Below are positions 36,569 to 43,700 of a DNA stretch of 43,700 nucleotides, piece after piece. Under the pieces are notes generated by a model. That model ran no database searches, was not told the origin of the DNA, and worked only from the letters and a program-made list of their open reading frames with translations. Location of the stretch: positions 18,330-62,029 of the forward strand of contig JBBDYA010000125.1 of NCBI GenBank assembly GCA_040902005.1. The letters run 5' to 3'. The DNA is from Gemmatimonadaceae bacterium. Lineage in GTDB: Bacteria; Gemmatimonadota; Gemmatimonadetes; Gemmatimonadales; Gemmatimonadaceae. The position numbers were made by a program, and so were the translations under genes. Each line of letters starts with the position of its first letter. Position 1 is the first letter of the stretch.

Positions 36569-39340
36569 CGTCGAGCAGGGCGTTGAAGAAGAATCGGAAC
36601 GTGCCGTGCGGCTGGGCGCGGAACAGGATCTCGGGGCCGAAGAGATACAGCTTGCCGCGTCCCACTCTCGCCTCGGCCATCGTCACGCCGCCCTCGAGAT
36701 AGTTCTGCCCCCACGCCCAGCCGCTGCGCAGCGGCGTCGCCGTGTCGAACCACGCGATCGGCGTCACCCCCTTGGCCGCCGCGTCCGGGCTGAGGCGGAA
36801 CACCGGGCTGTTGTCGAACATCACGTCCGCATGCCCTTGCGAGCCGGCCGCGATGCTCGCGGTGGAGTCCACGGCCACGCGCAGCACCGAACCCGGCACG
36901 TAGTACTTGTCGCCAACCAGGGGGCGCTCCTGCCCGTCCGGCGTGCGCTCCACAAGCGCGTTGTGCACCGGCAGCCCGAGCATGTACGCCAGGGCCGTGG
37001 AGCTGCCGATCGTGATGACCTGGCCGCCTTCCTCCATGAAGCGCCGGAGATGCGGCGCCGTCTGGTCGGTGACGCGTCCCACCATGTGACGGAACTCTTC
37101 GGGCGGGGTGAACCGACCGCCACGGCCGCCCCCCCCACCACCACCGCCGCCCGACTGGATGGCACCAGTCACCAGCACGATCACGTCATACTTGGCGCGC
37201 AGTCGGCCGGCGTCGAGCTCCGGCGTGTACACGACTGTGAAGGGGAACTCGTACTGCTCGAGCAGCCAGCGCGTCCACCCCGACGGCATGGAGCCGCCGT
37301 ACGTGTCCCACAAAGCGATGCGTGGCGCTGTGACACGGTCTGCCGACGCGGGGCGCGCGTTCACGCCCTCGACAGCCACTCCGAGTTCACGCGCCGCCGT
37401 CTCGAGCGTCTGGGCAGCCGAGCCACCCGTCGCGTGAAAGGTGCCCGCCGGAAATGTCTTACCGTTGGCCGACAGCGGCGCGCTGAGGCGCGACACCGTC
37501 GCACCTCCCTTCAGCAACTGGTTCACCGCCCGGAAAACATCGTTCTGCCGGGGCGAAAGCAGGAACCCGGTGCCCCCGCGATTGGCGACGGTCGCAGGCG
37601 CCGGCGACGCCATACCCTGGATGCGCTCACAGGGGCACGTGTACCCGTCAAGGATGCGGTCGAACTGCACGCCCATCTGATACGCGAGCGTATACCCGGC
37701 GTTGTCGTACGGCCGGATCGGTGGTCCGCCGGGATACGCAAAATCGTTCGGATGGTCCTGCGGCTCGAACATGTCCAGCGCATGCGCGCGAAATGCCTGC
37801 GCCATCGGCACCACGTACGAGCCGGCGGGGTAGCTCTTGCCCGCGACGCTGAAGTCGCGCGTGGCCCGCTCCACCGTGAGTCCGGCATGACGCAGGGCGT
37901 TCACGAACTTGGTGGCTGTCGGAAAGTCCGGCTGGCTGGCGCTCATGATGTACGCGCGGGGGTCGCGCCGTGCCGGATCGCGCATGACCCGCGCGTACAG
38001 CGCTGCCGTGGCGGACGCCGCTGCGCCTGCCTGCTGCGCGCCACCCCCACCCCCCCCCCACCCTGGCCGGCCGCGACGCGGGCACTGTCCGCGGAGGCGA
38101 CCGCGACGCGCAGCCGCTGCACGTCGTCGTCGCTCACGGTCCACGTGTCCTTGCGACCCCGTTCGATGGAATTCATCCCCATCCGCCAGATGTTGAACAG
38201 GAACTGCTCGCGATGGCGCGAGGCCACGTCCATCACCGCGTAGTTGGCGGTGAGCGAATAGTCCACGGACTGGCGGAAGTGCCACGCTTGCGGCTCGATC
38301 GGCATCGGCAGATCGCCGCGCGGGAACTGCCGGTTGGGAACGAGCGGGATCTGCATCGGCGTCGGGTTCCCGATGGTCTCCGTCAGCAGGCCGATCATGT
38401 TATGGAAGTACACAGTCGTCCGGAGGCCGCCGTTCCACCAGGTGGAGTACGACGCGCCGGAGCGCATTGTCGCGCCGGGCTTGCCTTCCACGACAAAGCG
38501 GTTGTGCATCGCCGCGCCCACGAGATCGATGCCGAGCGGCACGAGGGGATCGAAGTTGTGATTGAACGGATCGCGGAAGGGGGGCGCGAACAATACCGTC
38601 CCGGCCGGACCGGTCTGGTGGTGGTTATAAACGATCTGCGGAAACCACTCCCAGTACTGGAAATGCATGATGTTCTGCGTCTCCGCCTGCGCCGCCATGT
38701 AGAAATCGCGGTTATTGTCGTGCCCGATGTACTTCTGGTACAGGCGCGGAATCGCCGTGTTGCGGCGGGTGGGCTCCGGTTCCTTCATGTACCAGTCCGA
38801 CACGAGCTGCATGCCGTCCGGATTCGCGTGCACCAGGAGGATGATGTCGTCGTTCAGGATCCGCAGCGTTTCCTCGTCGTTGCGGCTCGTCAACTGGAAC
38901 GACGTCTCCATCAGCTGGTGCGCGCCGAGGACCTCGGTGGCGTGCAGGCCACCGTCGATCCAGACCACCACCTTGCCCTCCTTCGCGAGCGCTCGGGCCT
39001 CCGCCTCGCTTACCCCTTCCGCGAGCGCCAGCCGCCGCGCGATCTCCTTGTAGCGGTCCAGCCTGGCGAAGTTGGCCGGCGCCGTGATGATCGCGGCGAG
39101 CTGGGAACGTCCTTCCGCCGTCTTGCCGATCTCGATGACCTGCATCCGATCGGACTCCGCCGCGAGCTTGCGCCAGTAGCCCTGGAGCTGGTCGTAGTTC
39201 GCCAGCCAGTAGTCGTCACCGATGTTGTGCCCGAAGAATTCCTTCGGCGTCGTGACCCTGCCCTGTGCCTGCGCGACTGACGCGACGAAGAGGAGCGGGA
39301 GGACGAGCGCGTGCCAGGCACGGCGTTGAGCATTTCGCAT
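36537..39340 (-). pseudogene. Secreted M14 family zinc carboxypeptidase, frameshifted in this assembly at a G10 run (38050-38059)
   Basis: Signal peptide, GGLHATE, NPDG, DNNRD and HHQ in the 5' frame; continuation YARVMRDP...GWTRWLLE in a second frame; G11 or G8 would join the frames. Confidence 0.8.
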
Positions 39341-39414
39341 GGACACTCCTGTCTGAGTCGAGATGAAACCACGGAGTCGAACGCAGGCGAACCGCGTCGA
39401 GGCCATGGCTGGTG

Positions 39415-40176
39415 CTATGCTGGCGGGAATCGGGTCAAAACGCGAGGCCCGTCTTCCGTGATCGCGACCGTGTGCTCGAAGTGCGCGGACCGGCTGCCGT
39501 CCGCCGTCACGATCGTCCACCGGTCCTGTAGAGTACGCGTAGCGGGGCCACCAACGTTGACCATTGGTTCGATGGCGATCGTCAGCCCCGGAACCAGCTT
39601 TTCGCGCCGTTTGGGCTTGCCGTAGTTCGGCACCTGCGGCTCCTCGTGGAATTCCGCGCCGATGCCGTGCCCGACCAGGTCGCGGACCACGCTGAACCCC
39701 GCCGATTCCACCACGGCCTGCACCGCCGCGCCGATGTCACCAATGTGGTTGCCAACCCGCGCGACCGCGATCGCCGCCTCGAGGGACGCCGCGGTGACGT
39801 CCAGGAGCCGCTGCGTCACGGTATCCACGGGCCCCACCGGCACCGTCATCGCCGAATCGGTGAAGAAGCCGCGGAACCCGACGCCGACGTCGATGGACAC
39901 AATGTCGCCGTCACGCAGCAGCCGCTTCCTCGACGGAATGCCGTGCACGATCTCGTCGTTGATCGAGGTGCAGATGGATCCCGGAAACCCGTACAGACCC
40001 TTGAACGCTGGCGTCGCCCCCTCGTGGCTCCGGATGAACTCCTCGGCGATCGCGTCGAGGTCCGCGGTGGACATGCCCGCGCGCACCGATGATTTCAGGG
40101 TCTGGTGCGTCTGCCCCAGGATCCTCCCACCCTGGGCCATCAACTCGATTTCGCGGCCTGATTTGAGCTGGATCAC
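39415..40176 (-). CDS. map: Methionine aminopeptidase type I
   Basis: GTG start (V)IQLKS; CTSINDEIVHGIP, GHGIG, HEEP, IEPM, SAHFEHT. Confidence 0.97.
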   Translation of the reverse strand: MIQLKSGREIELMAQGGRILGQTHQTLKSSVRAGMSTADLDAIAEEFIRSHEGATPAFKGLYGFPGSICTSINDEIVHGIPSRKRLLRDGDIVSIDVGVGFRGFFTDSAMTVPVGPVDTVTQRLLDVTAASLEAAIAVARVGNHIGDIGAAVQAVVESAGFSVVRDLVGHGIGAEFHEEPQVPNYGKPKRREKLVPGLTIAIEPMVNVGGPATRTLQDRWTIVTADGSRSAHFEHTVAITEDGPRVLTRFPPA

Positions 40177-40193
40177 GGACGTCGCGCCAGCGC

Positions 40194-40829
40194 TCAGCGC
40201 CCGAGGGCCCGCAGCGCGCGTTGGGTCACCGCGCCCACGTCCCCGACTGCCTTTACCGTGACGATGCGCGTGCCATTGCGCTGGTACCAATCGAAGACGG
40301 GCGCGGTCTGCTTCTCGTAGACCGCCAACCGATTGCGGATCGCGTCAGGATCATCGTCCGTGCGGCGGGCGAGGGTGCCGCCGCACTTGTCGCAGGTGGA
40401 CCCGTCCGGTCGGCCGGTGTAGGGCGTCTGGCACCTGGTGCACACGGTGCGCGCGGCCAGGCGCTGCACGATCTCGTCGCCCTCGATCTCGAAGCACAAC
40501 ACCGCGTCCAGCTCCCTGCCCAGGGACTCCAGCACGCGCGCCATGCCCTCGGCCTGCGGCACCGTGCGCACGACACCGTCGAGGATCACGCCGTTGGCGT
40601 ATTCGGGGCGACGCAGCGTCTCGCCCACGATGCCGAGGATCACGTCATCCGGCACCAGATCGCCGCGATCCATGAACTCCCTGGCCTTCTTCCCGAGGGG
40701 CGTTCCCTCGCGCGCGGCGTTCCGCAGCACATCGCCCGTCGCGAGCGTGCCAACGTCCAGTTCGGCGGCGAGCCGTGGGGCCTGGGTGCCCTTTCCCGCA
40801 CCGGGTTTTCCGAAGAGAAGAAGGTTCAT
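40194..40829 (-). CDS. adk: Adenylate kinase with Zn-binding LID
   Basis: GKPGAGKGTQ, GDLVPD, CTRC...CDKC, R.DD. Confidence 0.97.
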   Translation of the reverse strand: MNLLLFGKPGAGKGTQAPRLAAELDVGTLATGDVLRNAAREGTPLGKKAREFMDRGDLVPDDVILGIVGETLRRPEYANGVILDGVVRTVPQAEGMARVLESLGRELDAVLCFEIEGDEIVQRLAARTVCTRCQTPYTGRPDGSTCDKCGGTLARRTDDDPDAIRNRLAVYEKQTAPVFDWYQRNGTRIVTVKAVGDVGAVTQRALRALGR

Positions 40830-40893
40830 CGCGACAGGAGCGGGAGTCCCGCCGTATCAGTAAGCCACCACCTGCGACCCGCAGTCCCGCCGG

Positions 40894-42225
40894 TCAGAAT
40901 CCGCCGGTCGGTTGGCGTCCGCGGAACTTGATGCGTCCCTTCTTCATGAAGCCGTCGTACTTCCGGAGCAGCAGATGTTGCTGCATCTGCTGAAGCGTGT
41001 CCAGTGCCACGCCGACGACGATCAGCAGCGACGTCCCGCCGAACTGGAAGGGCACGTTCACGAGCCCGATGAGCCAGATCGGGAACAGGGCGATGGCCGT
41101 CAGGAAGATCGCGCCCGGCAGCGTGACCTTCGACACGACATCGTCGATGTACTCCGCCGTCTTGGAGCCCGGCTTCACACCGGGGATGAACCCGCCCTGC
41201 TTCTTCAGGTTCTCCGCGAGGTCCACCGGATTGAAGATGATGGACGTGTAGAAGTAGGTGAAGAACATGATGAGCACGGCCGACAGCACGTAGTACAGCG
41301 AGGTGCCCGGATTGAAGTACTCGGAGAACTCCCGCAGGCGCGGGTTACTGGAAAACTGCGCGATCGCGCCCGGCACCACGATCACTGACTGCGCGAAGAT
41401 GATCGGCATGACGCCGGCCGTGTTGATCCGCAGCGGAATGAAACTGCGCGAAGCCTCGCGCATGCGCCCGCGCGCCATGGTTCGTTGCGGGATCTGGATC
41501 GGCACCTTCCGCACCGCCATCGTCACGGCCACGACGCCGGCCACCACCGCGACCATGACCGCGACCAGCACGATGAGCGCGAGCGGCTGGAGCGCGCCCG
41601 TGCTCACGAAGCGGAACGTCTGGAAGATTCCCGGCCAGATGCTCTGCACGATGGAGAAGAAGATCATCAGACTCGCGCCGTTCCCGAGGCCGCGCTCCGT
41701 GATCTGCTCGCCCAGCCACATGACGAACATCGCGCCGACGGTCAGGAAGAACGACATCTGGAGCTGGAACGCGAAGCCGGGGCTCGCCACCACGCCGGGG
41801 ATCCCCTGCGTGAAGAGCGAGAAACCCCACGCCTGTACCCACGCCAGCAGCACCGTGAGATAGCGTGTGTATTGATTGATCTTCTTCCGGCCCTCTTCGT
41901 CCTTGTTCATCTTCTCGAGCTGTGGCAGGACCGCGGCCGCGATCTGCATGAAGATGCTGGCCGAAATGAACGGCATGATGCCGAGCGCGAAGACCGTCGC
42001 GCGCGACAGTCCGCCGCCCGTGAAGAGGTCATACAGGCCCAGCAGTCCGCCGGCGCCCTGACTCTGGAAGAAGTCCAGCAGCGCTACGGCGTCCACCCCC
42101 GGCGCCGTGACGTGGGCGCCGATGCGGTAGACAAAGAGGCACAGGAGCGTGAAAAGGATCTTGTCCTTGAGCTCCGGCGTCCGGAAAATGTTCTGGACGG
42201 CCTGCGCCGCGTTTGATTCGGCCAT
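40894..42225 (-). CDS. secY: Preprotein translocase subunit SecY
   Basis: FALGIMPFISASI, WLGEQIT..G.GNG.S, GVMPIIFA, FIPGVKPG, GGTSLLIVVGV. Confidence 0.98.
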   Translation of the reverse strand: MAESNAAQAVQNIFRTPELKDKILFTLLCLFVYRIGAHVTAPGVDAVALLDFFQSQGAGGLLGLYDLFTGGGLSRATVFALGIMPFISASIFMQIAAAVLPQLEKMNKDEEGRKKINQYTRYLTVLLAWVQAWGFSLFTQGIPGVVASPGFAFQLQMSFFLTVGAMFVMWLGEQITERGLGNGASLMIFFSIVQSIWPGIFQTFRFVSTGALQPLALIVLVAVMVAVVAGVVAVTMAVRKVPIQIPQRTMARGRMREASRSFIPLRINTAGVMPIIFAQSVIVVPGAIAQFSSNPRLREFSEYFNPGTSLYYVLSAVLIMFFTYFYTSIIFNPVDLAENLKKQGGFIPGVKPGSKTAEYIDDVVSKVTLPGAIFLTAIALFPIWLIGLVNVPFQFGGTSLLIVVGVALDTLQQMQQHLLLRKYDGFMKKGRIKFRGRQPTGGF

Positions 42226-42260
42226 ACCTCTCCTATTCCCCCGTCCGTGGTGCGGTGTGC

Positions 42261-42758
42261 CTACGCTTCGATCTTGCCGCCGGCCTTCTCGATCTTGGCA
42301 CGCGCGCCGGCGCTGAGCTTGATACCGCGTACCACCACGGGCTGCGTCAGCTCGCCATTCGACAGCACCTTGGCGGGTCCCCGGTTCGCCTGGATCAGCC
42401 CGGCCGCGGCCAGCGATTCATGCGTGATCTCCGTGCCGGCCGGCACCCGCGCCAGATCTTCCAGGGCGACTTCCTGATTCTCCACGCGGAACGGCGGCGT
42501 GAAGCCACGCTTGGGCAGGCGGCGCGTCAGCGGCATCTGGCCGCCCTCGAAGTGCGGCTTGCCGCCGCCCGGCCCACCGTGGCCCGCGCGCGCCTTGCTG
42601 CCCTTATGACCCTTGCCGGATGTCTTGCCCGTGCCCGAACCGGGGCCGCGGCCCAGCCGCTTGCGGTCGCGGTGCGATCCCGGCGACGGCATCAGGTTGT
42701 GCAACCCGAGACGCTCGGTGCCTTCGGCCTCTGCCGAAGCCTTCTTCTTGGTAGCCAC
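42261..42758 (-). CDS. rplO: 50S ribosomal protein L15
   Basis: RLGRGPGSGTGKTSGKGHKG, FEGGQMPL.RRLPKRGF. Confidence 0.97.
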   Translation of the reverse strand: MATKKKASAEAEGTERLGLHNLMPSPGSHRDRKRLGRGPGSGTGKTSGKGHKGSKARAGHGGPGGGKPHFEGGQMPLTRRLPKRGFTPPFRVENQEVALEDLARVPAGTEITHESLAAAGLIQANRGPAKVLSNGELTQPVVVRGIKLSAGARAKIEKAGGKIEA

Positions 42759-43025
42759 TTACTTGTCTCCCCTCCCCTTCACTGCCGACACCTCGATCAG
42801 GTGCCTCACCTGATTGATCTGCCCGCGCAGCCCCGGGGTGATCTCCTGAACGACCGTGGACTGATGATGCCGCAGCCCCATCGCGCGCAGGGTGGCGCGA
42901 TGCCGCTCCGGATGCCCGATGCCGCTGCGAATCTGCTTGATCTGGACCTTGCCCGTCTTGGGCAGCTTGAACGCGGGCGCCTTCCCGGGGCCGCGCGACG
43001 GATGCCAGGCGAATGTGCGCGGCAT
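42759..43025 (-). CDS. rpmD: 50S ribosomal protein L30 with N-terminal extension
   Basis: KVQIKQIRSGIG...RATLRAMGL...RGQINQVRHL; position between rpsE and rplO; ATG at 43025. Confidence 0.92.
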   Translation of the reverse strand: MPRTFAWHPSRGPGKAPAFKLPKTGKVQIKQIRSGIGHPERHRATLRAMGLRHHQSTVVQEITPGLRGQINQVRHLIEVSAVKGRGDK

Positions 43026-43026
43026 C

Positions 43027-43700
43027 TTACACCGCCTCCTTCGACTTCGCTCGTGAACGGTACCCGATCGCGGACGGCTCCACGCCACGCTCGCGCGCGA
43101 TCTGTTCGACCGTGGTGAGCTGCTGCAGGCCGTCCAGCGCCGCCAGCACCATGTTGTGCGGATTGGTCGAGCCCAGACTCTTCGTGAGAATGTCCGAGAT
43201 GCCGGCGCACTCCATGATGGCGCGCACCGCGCCGCCGGCGATCACGCCGGCACCCGGAGCCGCCGGCTTCATCAGGACGCGTCCCGCGCCATGCTTGCCG
43301 ATGACCTCGTGGGGAATCGTCCCGCCGGTGAGCGGCACGCTCATCATCTTGCGACGCGCCCCCTCCACCGCCTTGCGGACCGCCTCGGACACTTCATTCG
43401 CCTTGCCGGTCGCGAAACCGACGCGCCCCTGACCATCGCCGACGGTCACGAGCGCGTTGAACGAGAACCGGCGTCCGCCCTTCACCACCTTCGCTACGCG
43501 GTTGATCGCCACCACGTTCTCGATCAGCTCACTGCCTTCGCGATCGCCGCCGCGACCGCCGTCACGACCGCCGCGGCCGTCACGGCCGCCACCCGGACCG
43601 CCGCGCCCCCCGCCCCCCCCCCCGGGCCCCCCGCGCCCCCCCCCCCCCCCCCCCCCCCCCCGGCCCCCCCCCCCCCCCGCCCCCCCCCCCGCCCCCCCCC
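43027..43700 (-). CDS. rpsE: 30S ribosomal protein S5 (5' end in low-complexity sequence or beyond the window edge)
   Basis: [36 protein letters not shown]; frame open upstream into Gly/Arg-rich sequence. Confidence 0.95.
   Translation of the reverse strand, partial: GGAGGGAGGGGGRGGGGGGGGRGGPGGGGGGRGGPGGGRDGRGGRDGGRGGDREGSELIENVVAINRVAKVVKGGRRFSFNALVTVGDGQGRVGFATGKANEVSEAVRKAVEGARRKMMSVPLTGGTIPHEVIGKHGAGRVLMKPAAPGAGVIAGGAVRAIMECAGISDILTKSLGSTNPHNMVLAALDGLQQLTTVEQIARERGVEPSAIGYRSRAKSKEAV

Noticed and set aside
43600..43700. Long poly-C tracts as G-quadruplex or contingency locus
   Set aside because: Progressive decay to homopolymer at the sequence end looks like low-quality base calling over Gly codons of rpsE.

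Overview
High-GC bacterial chromosomal window, mostly minus-strand core genes. The repertoire (Hanks kinase-TPR receptor, duplicated MacB/FtsX permease, alpha2-type GlyRS, fused FTCD) suggests a Gemmatimonadota-like organism; this is inference only. Reading right to left: the end of the spc cluster (rpsE-rpmD-rplO-secY-adk-map); a frameshifted M14 peptidase; ftcD and an inositol monophosphatase on the plus strand, separated by inverted heptamer arrays; trpS; two small Zn-ribbon ORFs; MgtC, hydroxyacid dehydrogenase, PilT, DapA-like, M28 and DUF456 genes; purA-ypdA; an accessory block (orphan ABC permease, Uma2, one intact and two decayed Ser/Thr kinases, an ECF sigma remnant); glyQS, a gluzincin peptidase and an SDR; a tightly coupled run of GAF kinase, small unknown protein, ubiquitin-like protein, HDAC, corA, GvpF/L, Zn-ribbon kinase, dipeptide epimerase and priA; a TIGR00300-type ornithine cyclodeaminase; a two-component pair; and a lipoprotein with a sigma54-type promoter. 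No rRNA, tRNA, CRISPR array or transposase was seen. The best candidates for undescribed biology are the Ubl/HDAC/GvpF/kinase operon, a promoter-proximal terminator ahead of purA, and the inverted heptamer arrays. All family assignments come from motif recognition by eye; no searches were run.
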